Source: a virus
Lineage: Duplodnaviria; Caudoviricetes
IMG/VR virus record: IMGVR_UViG_3300025889_000071
Length of the DNA: 64,000 nucleotides
Strand: one strand, 5' to 3'
The notes under the pieces were generated by a model that saw only the letters and a program-made list of their open reading frames with translations, ran no database searches and was not told the origin of the DNA. Position 1 is the stretch's first letter; the number at the start of each line of letters is the position of its first letter. The translations under genes were made by a program, and so were the position numbers. Shown piece after piece: positions 9,752 to 19,061 of this stretch.

Positions 9752-10605
9752 AAGTTTTCGATTCCTTTATCTTCTTCAACGAACTAGAATTGTTGGAGAT
9801 GCGGTTGAATATTCTTAAGGATGTTGTTGATTATTTTGTTCTTACGGAATCTCCATTCACTGTAAGTGGTAATGAAAAACCTCTCTACTATCAAGAGAAC
9901 AAAGATCGTTTTGGTAAGTTGAACGATAAGATTATTCATCATGTGACTGAAGAGATTCCTAATGATTTTAGTCACATGCTTGAAAAGACCAAGTATCATG
10001 TGGCCTATAATGATAAAGATCCATATGGAACCAGGTTTATTGATATTCCTATTCGTTTCCAACGTGCTATCTACAACAGAAACAATAGTGCTTTTGGTAT
10101 TGAGAAAGCAGGAGTATCTGATGAGGACGTGGTGATCACTAGTGATGCTGATGAAATTATTAACCCATATGTCCTAGAAGACCTTTCCTGGTTTGATCCT
10201 AACAATCACTATGTGACTCTCTGCAATGCCTACTACTACAAACTGAACTTCCTGTATCAAGATGATTGGATGGGATCAAGAATTTGTACTTGGAAACATT
10301 TAAAATCAACAACAATTGATCAGCATCGTCAAGATCACAAAAATGCATATAGGATTGAGGATGGTGGTTGGCATTTTAGCTTTTTGGGCAATGCTGAAAA
10401 CTTTAAATTAAAATTAGCATCTTATGAGCATACTGAAAACAACACTGATGTTAATGTTTCTAATGCTGAAGAAAAAGTAGAACAAGGTCTCGATCCTTTG
10501 AATCGTGGCATGACATATAAAGCTGTACCGATTGATGATTCATACCCCGAATATATTGTAGAGAATCAGGACAAGTATGCAGAATTTATTAAACCATGGA
10601 ACTAA
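9748..10605 (+). CDS. GT17 (beta-1,4-N-acetylglucosaminyltransferase-like)
   Basis: DSFIFFNELELLEMRL, VDYFVLTES..T.SG..KP, SDADEI, GGWHFS. Confidence 0.85.
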   Translation: MKVFDSFIFFNELELLEMRLNILKDVVDYFVLTESPFTVSGNEKPLYYQENKDRFGKLNDKIIHHVTEEIPNDFSHMLEKTKYHVAYNDKDPYGTRFIDIPIRFQRAIYNRNNSAFGIEKAGVSDEDVVITSDADEIINPYVLEDLSWFDPNNHYVTLCNAYYYKLNFLYQDDWMGSRICTWKHLKSTTIDQHRQDHKNAYRIEDGGWHFSFLGNAENFKLKLASYEHTENNTDVNVSNAEEKVEQGLDPLNRGMTYKAVPIDDSYPEYIVENQDKYAEFIKPWN

Positions 10606-11525
10606 TTGAAGGTGTAGCATTATCTGAACTGTGTGATTATTCTTTTGGTGATCAGTCAGGACAATGGGGGAACATTTATACCTCTTTTATGAAAGATGCA
10701 AATCTTATGAATGTGGAGTTTGTGTCAAAGTTATTTGAAATAAAGAAGAGTCGTAATTATATGACTTTGTTTATTGACAATATACGACTGTATAAAAGAG
10801 ATATTGTTGAAGTCAAACCTGAAGACCGGCCATATATTGAATCTCTTCATAGAAGGAGTGATCTTCTTAAATTATGTGGCAATTTTCCTGATATGAGATT
10901 TGTCATTTTTACTAATCTGGAAGACACACCTACTGATGAATTTATATTTGGTTCTATTCCTGACAATGTGATTAGAATTGTTGCAGTCAATGCAGTATCT
11001 TTTGGTGAAAAGGTAATTCCTGCTCCTTATGGAGTTCAAAGAAGAATGTCTATGAGTGATAATAGAATTGAACTTCTTCAGGAGGAGATGGAAAAAAGTA
11101 ATCCAAACTCATACAAACTTCTTTATATTAATCATAATGAAAATAATCATTCAGAAAGATCTGGATTGAAAGAAAAGTTTCAAAATGAATCCTGGACCTT
11201 TGTTGAACAAAATCGAGTTGGTTATTCAACTTTTCTTGAGGGGATTAAATCGTGCAAATTTGTTCTTTGTCCTCGTGGTAATGCTATTGACTGTCACCGC
11301 AACTGGGAAGTTCTGTATATGAGAAGGGTTCCTATTATGAAAAGGCACTCTTATCTAGAGGAACTGTTTAAAGATTATCCAGTTCTTTTTGTTGATGAGT
11401 ATAGTGAAATAACAAAAGAACTTTTGGTACAAAATAACGACCTGTTCTTACAGGCACAGAAAATGGAATTATATAATTTAGATTTAAATAATTTTTTTCA
11501 AAAATATATTGAGGATGTAAAATGA
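10596..11525 (+). CDS. Exostosin-like (GT47) glycosyltransferase
   Basis: KFVLCPRGNAIDCHRNWEVLYMRRVPI. Confidence 0.75.
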   Translation: MELIEGVALSELCDYSFGDQSGQWGNIYTSFMKDANLMNVEFVSKLFEIKKSRNYMTLFIDNIRLYKRDIVEVKPEDRPYIESLHRRSDLLKLCGNFPDMRFVIFTNLEDTPTDEFIFGSIPDNVIRIVAVNAVSFGEKVIPAPYGVQRRMSMSDNRIELLQEEMEKSNPNSYKLLYINHNENNHSERSGLKEKFQNESWTFVEQNRVGYSTFLEGIKSCKFVLCPRGNAIDCHRNWEVLYMRRVPIMKRHSYLEELFKDYPVLFVDEYSEITKELLVQNNDLFLQAQKMELYNLDLNNFFQKYIEDVK

Positions 11526-12220
11526 CAACAAAAACATTAGTAGTATCAAATCATAATTCTGATCTTGAGTGGCTAAGCACTACTTATGATTATGGGTTTT
11601 CACCAGAAAATACCATCATTTATGATAGAAGTGATGTTGAAAAGGATTGGAGTCATCTTGGTGAAAGTATTCGTTCTCCCAATGTTGGTGAAAACATCTA
11701 TGATATAATGAGATATATTGTGGAACATTATGAGAAACTTCCCGATGTTTGTATTTTCATAAAAGGAAATATGTTTCAAAGACCTGAAGATAAAGGTGGG
11801 GCAGAGTATTATACAACTCGTGAAAGATTTTATCGTGCTTTGACTGCCGAGTATTTTCTTCCTATTGAAAGATTTCATGACAGTACGGCTTTTGTTTGTA
11901 ATGGTGGAGGATTTATTCAACCGACATGGGAAGCAGTGTCTAATCAAACAATCTATACAAGACACTTTTCAACTTTTCCACAAATGCTTGGTAAACTATT
12001 TCAAAATCCTCCTAATTTTCCTTTTAATAGATTTGCTCCTGGCGGAAACTATGTTGTTCCTAAAGCAAATATTTTAAAATTTAGTAAAGAGTTTTATGAA
12101 AAACTAAAGTTTTTTGTTTCATATGAACCACCTGAAGAATTTCAAAGCACTTCTGGTGAGTCATATTTGATAGAAAGATTGTTATATATGATGTGGACTG
12201 AAGACCTTCAGGAAATCTAA
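11522..12220 (+). CDS. DUF3431-like putative glycosyltransferase
   Basis: LVVSNHNSDLEWL, NVGEN..DIMRYIVEHYEKLPDVCIF, IERL..MW. Confidence 0.6.
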   Translation: MTTKTLVVSNHNSDLEWLSTTYDYGFSPENTIIYDRSDVEKDWSHLGESIRSPNVGENIYDIMRYIVEHYEKLPDVCIFIKGNMFQRPEDKGGAEYYTTRERFYRALTAEYFLPIERFHDSTAFVCNGGGFIQPTWEAVSNQTIYTRHFSTFPQMLGKLFQNPPNFPFNRFAPGGNYVVPKANILKFSKEFYEKLKFFVSYEPPEEFQSTSGESYLIERLLYMMWTEDLQEI

Positions 12221-12262
12221 TAAATATTGGAAATTGACAACTTAATGGGTGTCTTGTAGAAT
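12219..12262 (+). promoter_or_regulatory. Internal promoters: late-type ATAAATA followed by sigma70 promoter
   Basis: AATAAATA (12219-12226); TTGACA (12234-12239)-N17-TAGAAT (12257-12262). Confidence 0.65.
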
Positions 12263-12285
12263 ATGTATTGGTGGAGATAAAGAAT

Positions 12286-13575
12286 ATGTATCAGTTGATT
12301 GAAAATTTTATTGACTCTGCCAAAGAGATGGATGATGATATCTTTCCATTTATGGCAAATAAGAATTGGAAAGAAGGTAAACCTGTTTTTTATTCTGGTC
12401 CTTATTGGGATGACCTTGAAGCCAGAGAACTTATTTACTCTGTTATGAAAGGTAAGTGGTTATCATCTGGAGAAAAGGTTAATAAATTTGAGCATGAATT
12501 TTCACAAAAGTTTGGATTTAAACATTCTGTAATGGTAAATTCTGGGAGTTCTGCAAATCTTGTAATGTTTGCTGCTCTTAAAAAATATTTTGGATGGAAA
12601 GATGGTGACGAAATTATTGTCTGTGCATGTGGATTTGCGACTACTGTAGCTCCTATTGCACAATGTGGATTGAAACCAGTATTTGTTGATATTGTTTGGG
12701 AGGATTTGAATTGGAATCTTGATCAGGTTGCAGATAAAATCACACCAAATACAAGAGCAGTTATATCTTCACCTGTTCTTGGTAATGCATACGATATGGA
12801 TAAACTGGTTGATATATGCAAAACAAATGATGTACATTTAATCGCAGACAATTGTGATAGTCTTGGTAGCACTTGGAAGGGTGACTATTTGACAAAACAT
12901 GCTATTGCAGCATCTTGCTCATTTTATCCAGCACATCACATTTGCACAATTGAAGGTGGAATGGTTTCTTCAAATGAGAAGGCTATAGTAGATCTTGCTA
13001 GAAGTTTTGCATGGTGGGGACGAGGATGTTATTGTGTTGGACAGCAAAATCTTCTTTCGAATGGTGTTTGTGGGAGGAGATTTGACACTTGGTTGCAGGA
13101 TTATCCTGATATTGTTGATCACAAATATGTGTTTGGTAATATGGGATATAATCTTAAACCTTTAGATATGCAAGGTGCAGTTGGTTCAATTCAACTTCTC
13201 AAGTTTGAAGAGATACATAAGATTCGTAGAAGTAATAAGAAAAAAATACAAAAGATTATTGAGAGTATTCCTGGTACTGGAGTTGTAAATGAGCGAGAAG
13301 AATCTGAAACAAGTTGGTTTGGAGTTCCTATTGTTTGTGATGATAAAAATCTGAAAAGATCTTTAGTTTCGCATTTTGAAAAAAATAAAATTCAAACTCG
13401 CAATTATTTTGCTGGTAATATCTTATTGCATCCTGGATATAGTCATTTAGATGATGCTAGAAAATATCCAGAAGCAAATCAAGTTCTTGATAAAGTATTT
13501 TTCTTGGGATGCTCTCCTACAATTACACAAGATATGATTGATTACATTGCAAAAGTTGTTTCTGAATTCAAATGA
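12286..13575 (+). CDS. rfbH: CDP-4-keto-6-deoxy-D-glucose 3-dehydrase (E1/RfbH/DdhC; DegT/DnrJ family)
   Basis: NSGSSANL, SFYPAHHI..IEGG (His in place of Schiff-base Lys), WGRGCYC..C, HKY...GYNLKP, TRNYFAGN; ATG 12286 with GGAG RBS. Confidence 0.85.
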   Translation: MYQLIENFIDSAKEMDDDIFPFMANKNWKEGKPVFYSGPYWDDLEARELIYSVMKGKWLSSGEKVNKFEHEFSQKFGFKHSVMVNSGSSANLVMFAALKKYFGWKDGDEIIVCACGFATTVAPIAQCGLKPVFVDIVWEDLNWNLDQVADKITPNTRAVISSPVLGNAYDMDKLVDICKTNDVHLIADNCDSLGSTWKGDYLTKHAIAASCSFYPAHHICTIEGGMVSSNEKAIVDLARSFAWWGRGCYCVGQQNLLSNGVCGRRFDTWLQDYPDIVDHKYVFGNMGYNLKPLDMQGAVGSIQLLKFEEIHKIRRSNKKKIQKIIESIPGTGVVNEREESETSWFGVPIVCDDKNLKRSLVSHFEKNKIQTRNYFAGNILLHPGYSHLDDARKYPEANQVLDKVFFLGCSPTITQDMIDYIAKVVSEFK

Positions 13576-14507
13576 TTGTTTCTGAATTTTATTATGGTCA
13601 AGGTTTTGGTAACCAGTTATTTGTTTACGTAGCTACTAGAATGCTCGCCCGTAAGAGGGGATTTGATTATGGGTTCACTGGACTGGAAAATTTTGGCGAT
13701 AGAAGATTCAATGATAATGGAATTCATTTTATGGATCTTGATCTTGGTAAACCAGTTTATGGTGGTTCCAGTCCTCCTGGCGGCCCACCAGATAAACTTC
13801 CTGATGGGATAGAGAACTATTATGTAGAACATAGGCACGGGTTATATACTGACCCTATGCTAAAAACAGATATTAGACTCACTGATAAAAAACTTTTTGA
13901 AATAAAAGATAATACAAAGATTGATGGATCTTTTCAATCGGAAGATTATTTTTATGATGAAATGGATTTGGTTCGTAGTTGGTTAAAAGTAAAACCAGAA
14001 TTTGAACACAATGAAACTTGTGGTGATGATATTTGTGTCATCAATTTTCGTGGTAGTGATATGATTGGGAATGCTGGTTGTTGGTTTCCAAGATCATATT
14101 ATGACAATGCAATACAAAATATGTTGAAGTTTAATCCGAACATGAGATTTTGTATTGTTACTGAAGATGTTAAAACTGCAAATATAGTTTTACCAGAGTT
14201 TCCTGCTTATCATGATAGTGTTGCTTGGGATTTTGTTGCACTTAAAAATGCAAAAAATATTATTTGTGGAGCATCAACATTTGCTTGCTGGCCATTGTGG
14301 TTGAATAAAAACATACAAAATTGCATTGCTCCAAAGTATTGGTTTGATCACAATAGATCTCAAGGATGGTGGTCTCTTGGATGTAGCATATATAGTTACC
14401 CAACTTATTATATGGACAGAGTAGGTAAACTCTTTACACCTGATGAATGTAGGTTAGAATGGGAAGAGTATAAGCAAAGAACAAATATCTATAGAGATGA
14501 AGTATGA
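13572..14507 (+). CDS. GT11 alpha-1,2-fucosyltransferase-like
   Basis: GQGFGNQLF, GSFQSEDYF, NFRGSD, STFACW, IAPKYWF. Confidence 0.8.
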   Translation: MIVSEFYYGQGFGNQLFVYVATRMLARKRGFDYGFTGLENFGDRRFNDNGIHFMDLDLGKPVYGGSSPPGGPPDKLPDGIENYYVEHRHGLYTDPMLKTDIRLTDKKLFEIKDNTKIDGSFQSEDYFYDEMDLVRSWLKVKPEFEHNETCGDDICVINFRGSDMIGNAGCWFPRSYYDNAIQNMLKFNPNMRFCIVTEDVKTANIVLPEFPAYHDSVAWDFVALKNAKNIICGASTFACWPLWLNKNIQNCIAPKYWFDHNRSQGWWSLGCSIYSYPTYYMDRVGKLFTPDECRLEWEEYKQRTNIYRDEV

Positions 14508-15193
14508 TTGATCTATCTGATGTTACATTGGTCAGTATTGATACTACAGACCGAATAAATGAAACTCTAACTGCGGTTTATACCAGCATGAATGGTATAA
14601 AATATGGGTCCGTGAAATTAGTAACAGATAAGGATCCTCCAAATTTAGATTCAAATATCACCATAGAACGACCAGTAACTGATATTAAAAACTATAATGA
14701 TTATAATCATTATGTCGTGTACCATCTTCATAATCATATAGACACATCACACTGCTTACTTGTTCAGCAAGATGGTTTTGTTTTGTTCCCAGATAAATGG
14801 GATCCACAATGGTTGAATTATGATTATATTGGAGCTCCATGGGCAGTAGTTGAGGATGCATACATTGATCCTTTTGGTAATCACCATCGTGTTGGTAATG
14901 GTGGATTTTCTTTAAGGAGTAAAAAGTTTCTTGAGGTTCCGACTAAAGTTGAAGTTCCTTGGGAAACTAACAATAGTGACTTTTATTGGATGCCAGAAGG
15001 AGTTGTGAATTATCATGAGGATGGAAATGTTTGTGTTCATAATAGGCATATTTTTATAGAGCAGGGGTGTAAGTATGCACCTGTTGATGTTGCTGTAAGA
15101 TTTTCACAGGAAACAAGAGTTCCGGAATGTGAGGGGGTGACACCATTTGGATTTCATTATAGACTACCACCAGGAGTTAAATTAGAAAGATGA
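14504..15193 (+). CDS. DUF5672-family putative glycosyltransferase
   Basis: LLVQQDGFV, YDYIGAPW, VGNGGFSLRSK, HED, FGFH. Confidence 0.75.
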   Translation: MIDLSDVTLVSIDTTDRINETLTAVYTSMNGIKYGSVKLVTDKDPPNLDSNITIERPVTDIKNYNDYNHYVVYHLHNHIDTSHCLLVQQDGFVLFPDKWDPQWLNYDYIGAPWAVVEDAYIDPFGNHHRVGNGGFSLRSKKFLEVPTKVEVPWETNNSDFYWMPEGVVNYHEDGNVCVHNRHIFIEQGCKYAPVDVAVRFSQETRVPECEGVTPFGFHYRLPPGVKLER

Positions 15194-15999
15194 TAGGACA
15201 TAACCATCTAGGAAAGAATGGCCGATTTGGAAATCAAATGTTCCAATATGCAGCAACTAAAGGAATTGCAAAAGCAAGAGGATATGACTTTTGTATTCCG
15301 AATGGACCGAGGAATGATGATGAGTTTAATGATGAAGAAAATCAACATAAACTCTTCATGGCTTTTAAATTGCCATCACTTAATAATGTTGGTCTTTTAA
15401 ATGGACAATATAAACAGGAATCATCTTTTAGGTATGATAAAGAACTTGTAAAAACTTGTCCTGATAATGTAAATCTATATGGTTACTTTCAGTCTGAAAG
15501 ATATTTCTTTCATGTAGAAGAAGAACTTCGTAAAGACTTTGAGTTTCGTGATGATGTAAAGAAACTCTGTGATGAAATTTGGAAAGAAATTGTCATTGAT
15601 GAGGGACATACAGAAGCAATTTCTCTGCACGTTCGTCGCACAGATCATTTGATCAAACCAACATATCATCCTGTGCTTCCTATCAGTTACTATGAAGAAG
15701 CACTGTCTAAACTTCCCGAAGACATTCCAGTTTTTGTCTTTACTGATGACCCTCAATGGGCTTTTGGACATGAGTTTTTCTCTTCAGATAGATTCTTTAT
15801 CTCTGAAAGTGATAACATACATGATATGTGTTTGATGTCTATGTGTAATTACAACATCATTGCCAACTCTACCTTCTCATGGTGGGGAGCATGGTTGGCA
15901 GGACATAATAGGGTGATTGGTCCTAAACTGTGGTTTGGACCTGATGGGGAGGATCCTACGGATATTTACCAGAAGGAATGGGAGTATCTTGATGTCTGA
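15190..15999 (+). CDS. GT11 alpha-1,2-fucosyltransferase-like
   Basis: GRFGNQMFQYA, GYFQSERYF, SLHVRRTD, IIANSTFSWWGAWL. Confidence 0.9.
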   Translation: MIGHNHLGKNGRFGNQMFQYAATKGIAKARGYDFCIPNGPRNDDEFNDEENQHKLFMAFKLPSLNNVGLLNGQYKQESSFRYDKELVKTCPDNVNLYGYFQSERYFFHVEEELRKDFEFRDDVKKLCDEIWKEIVIDEGHTEAISLHVRRTDHLIKPTYHPVLPISYYEEALSKLPEDIPVFVFTDDPQWAFGHEFFSSDRFFISESDNIHDMCLMSMCNYNIIANSTFSWWGAWLAGHNRVIGPKLWFGPDGEDPTDIYQKEWEYLDV

Positions 16000-16747
16000 A
16001 ATCAGCATTGCTATCCCGTGCCATGATCGTGGTGAGAATGGCCCTAAGTGGTTGAGAGAACTCTTCGATTCAATTAAGAGTCAAACTTTTCAAGATATTG
16101 ATATTGTCATTTCTGATCAAAGTAAGAATGATGGTATCTTGGATGTCTGTAAGGAATATTCAGATGATTTTGAATTCACATATGTTAGATATGAGGGTGA
16201 TGTCCCTTGTGAAAATATAAACGTTGCTCTTGATAACTGTGAAGGTAGAATTATTAAAATCATGTTCTCTGATGATGTGTTTGTAGATAACACTGCTCTT
16301 CAAAACATATATGATCAGTATCAAGACCCTGAGTGTAAGTGGGTATTCAGTGGATTTTGTGAACTGAGAGATGGTAGATATGCAAGTGAAAAGATGCCTA
16401 TATGGTCAGACTACACTTTAGAAGGTAGAAATTTACTCAGCAGCCCTTCTGCAGTTTCTTTTCTAAATGATTGTAAGGTGAAATTTGATATTAATCTCAA
16501 ACTCTTGCTTGACACTGATTTTTATCATAGAATGAGATGGAATAATGGTATGCCTAAATTCATTCATAGTGTATTGATTGCAAATCGTGAGCATGATAAT
16601 AGAGTAAGCAGTCAGGCAACATCACAGTATGACTGTGTAATTGAACATCCAGAGGGAAACTGGATGATGAACAGAGGAGAGTATCGCTATGTTCAAGAAA
16701 AATATCCAGAGTTCATGAAAAACAGAAAGTATCCAGATGAGAATTGA
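15992..16747 (+). CDS. GT2 family glycosyltransferase
   Basis: ISIAIPCH, IVISDQS, KIMFSDD, LLLDTDFY; start at ATG 15992. Confidence 0.85.
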   Translation: MSEISIAIPCHDRGENGPKWLRELFDSIKSQTFQDIDIVISDQSKNDGILDVCKEYSDDFEFTYVRYEGDVPCENINVALDNCEGRIIKIMFSDDVFVDNTALQNIYDQYQDPECKWVFSGFCELRDGRYASEKMPIWSDYTLEGRNLLSSPSAVSFLNDCKVKFDINLKLLLDTDFYHRMRWNNGMPKFIHSVLIANREHDNRVSSQATSQYDCVIEHPEGNWMMNRGEYRYVQEKYPEFMKNRKYPDEN

Positions 16748-17558
16748 TTTAACGAAAGCTACATTCATAATTCCAATACGAATAGAGTCAGAAGATCGGC
16801 TTAGAAATATCATAACGGTAGTTGCATTTCTTTTAGAAACTTTTGATACTAATATTCTCATCAAAGAGGTAGATACTCATTCAGTGTTTGAAGAGAAGGC
16901 AATGCCAATTCTTCATAATATTGTGGATGTAGATATCAATATTAACCACATCTTTGAGAAAAGTGATGATAAGTTATTTCATCGACAAAGAATTATTAAT
17001 GAAATGTTGATGGAAGCAAAGACTGAAGTTATTTTCAATTATGATAGTGATGTAATTCTTCCTCTAGAATCTTATGTAAAATCATATCAAAGTATACTTG
17101 ATAAAACTTTTGATGTGGTCTATCCTTATGAGAGAGGAAACTTTCAAAAACGAGTGTATGCTGACGATGAGGTCGTCTCCAAGTTTTTAATGACAAAGGA
17201 CTATACCGATTTGGATAAGCATACAAATATTTCAACTGCTGATGCTGGATGGGTGCAAGTTTTCAATAGGGATGTTTATATAGAGGGAGGAATGGAGAAT
17301 GAAAACTTTAAAGCCTATGCTCCAGAAGATGTTGAGAGATTGCACAGATTCACCACTTTAGGATATAAGGTTGGTAGAATTGTTGATTTTGTTTATCATT
17401 TGGAGCATGGGAGAAGTGAAAATTCTTGGTTTTCCAATCCACACATGGCAAGTAATGTTGCTGAATGGGAAAAAATAAAAGTCTTAAATAAGAAACAATT
17501 AAAACATTATTATTCACGTCAAAAATATCTGAAAAAATATAATCACTTTCAAATTTGA
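16737..17558 (+). CDS. GT2/GT7-like glycosyltransferase
   Basis: FIIPIR..SEDRLRN, NYDSDV, GGMENENFKAYAPED, YHLEH. Confidence 0.8.
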   Translation: MRIDLTKATFIIPIRIESEDRLRNIITVVAFLLETFDTNILIKEVDTHSVFEEKAMPILHNIVDVDININHIFEKSDDKLFHRQRIINEMLMEAKTEVIFNYDSDVILPLESYVKSYQSILDKTFDVVYPYERGNFQKRVYADDEVVSKFLMTKDYTDLDKHTNISTADAGWVQVFNRDVYIEGGMENENFKAYAPEDVERLHRFTTLGYKVGRIVDFVYHLEHGRSENSWFSNPHMASNVAEWEKIKVLNKKQLKHYYSRQKYLKKYNHFQI

Positions 17559-17608
17559 TGTAGTGATTCAATCATGTGTAAACTGTAATTTTTTAAAGGA
17601 GAAATAAA

Positions 17609-18208
17609 ATGAATAAGTTAAAAATTGATTCTGAAGATCTTCTTGCAAACTATAATCAGTATGAATATCTTACTGATTATATGTGGGCCGGTCAAAAAGG
17701 TAACTGGAACAAACCAGGAGTGAGTGATTATCCACTATATGCATATCTTTCTACATTATTTAATGATATAACGATTCTTGAGATTGGAACATGCTTGGGT
17801 GGATCTGCACTTATGATGTCTCATAATGAATCTAATAATATTATCAGTTATGATATTGCCAAACATTCTAATGATGTTCCTGAAAAATTTAGAAACATTG
17901 AATTTAGAATTGGTAATTTTATGAATGATAATATTGATTACACTAATATTAGATTTTTAACAATTGATGCAGCACATACTGGTAGAGAAGAAGTTGAAAT
18001 GGTTAAACATTTGGAGAGTGTTTGGGAAGGTGGATTGTTATTTTTGGATGATATCCATAATAATGCCGGTGGAAGTATGCAAGAATTTTGGGATGGAATT
18101 GATCGTGATAGGCATGATTGTTATGACTTTTCTGAACTTGGTCATGGTTCCCGATTAGGTACGGGAATTGTTAACTTCAACAAATACTATGATTTAGAAA
18201 TTATTTGA
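17609..18208 (+). CDS. Class I SAM-dependent methyltransferase
   Basis: ILEIGTCLGGS, TIDAAH, GGLLFLDDI; AAGGAG RBS. Confidence 0.8.
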   Translation: MNKLKIDSEDLLANYNQYEYLTDYMWAGQKGNWNKPGVSDYPLYAYLSTLFNDITILEIGTCLGGSALMMSHNESNNIISYDIAKHSNDVPEKFRNIEFRIGNFMNDNIDYTNIRFLTIDAAHTGREEVEMVKHLESVWEGGLLFLDDIHNNAGGSMQEFWDGIDRDRHDCYDFSELGHGSRLGTGIVNFNKYYDLEII

Positions 18209-18212
18209 GATT

Positions 18213-19061
18213 ATGTTATTTTTTAATCACATAGGAAGTCTGGGGAGACTTGGAAATCAAATGTTCGAATATGCTGCTCTTCGTGGAATAGCAGCTAAAC
18301 ATGGTTATCAATTTTGTATTCCTCCATCACATATGAAAGGGATAGAAAATTATAGTCTTCATGATTGCTTTAAACTCTCATCAAATAGACATGAGGGAAT
18401 TGGTGAGGATGTTAAATACGTTCAGGAACCACACTTTCATTTCTCTCAAGAACTCTTTGACAAATGTCCAGACAATACAAGTCTCCATGGGTTCTTTCAA
18501 TCTGAAAAATACTTTCAACACATTTCAGATCAAATAAGAGAGGACTACACATTTCATGATGAACATCTTCTTCCGTGTAAGGAGATGATGTCTACAGTTG
18601 AAGGTGAACCTATTATGCTTCATGTTCGACGTGGAGATCCAAATCTCACTGACCCTCGTGGATTCAAATGGAGTTATACTCAATGTGGTGATCAACACCC
18701 TGTTCAACCACTTGAATATTATGAGCGAGCCCTTGCAGAGTTTGATGATGATCAACCAGTAATTGTATTTTCAGATTCTCCTGAATGGGTCAAAGAACAA
18801 GAATTTTTCTCTGGAGATAGATTTTTAATTTCTGAACCTCAACAGAAATATTCTGATGGTTCTTATACACCATATGCTGACTTGTGCTTGATGTCATTGT
18901 GTTCACATGCTATAATTGCTAACAGTAGTATGAGTTGGTGGGGAGCATGGTTGATTGCAAACCCTAACAAAAAAGTGATTGCACCAAAGATGTGGTTTGG
19001 TCCTGCTTATGCAGATAAAAACATCAAAGACCTTTATTGTTCCGATTGGATTGTGCTATGA
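18213..19061 (+). CDS. GT11 alpha-1,2-fucosyltransferase-like
   Basis: GRLGNQMFEYA, GFFQSEKYF, HVRRGD, IIANSSMSWWGAWL, VIAPKMWFG. Confidence 0.9.
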   Translation: MLFFNHIGSLGRLGNQMFEYAALRGIAAKHGYQFCIPPSHMKGIENYSLHDCFKLSSNRHEGIGEDVKYVQEPHFHFSQELFDKCPDNTSLHGFFQSEKYFQHISDQIREDYTFHDEHLLPCKEMMSTVEGEPIMLHVRRGDPNLTDPRGFKWSYTQCGDQHPVQPLEYYERALAEFDDDQPVIVFSDSPEWVKEQEFFSGDRFLISEPQQKYSDGSYTPYADLCLMSLCSHAIIANSSMSWWGAWLIANPNKKVIAPKMWFGPAYADKNIKDLYCSDWIVL

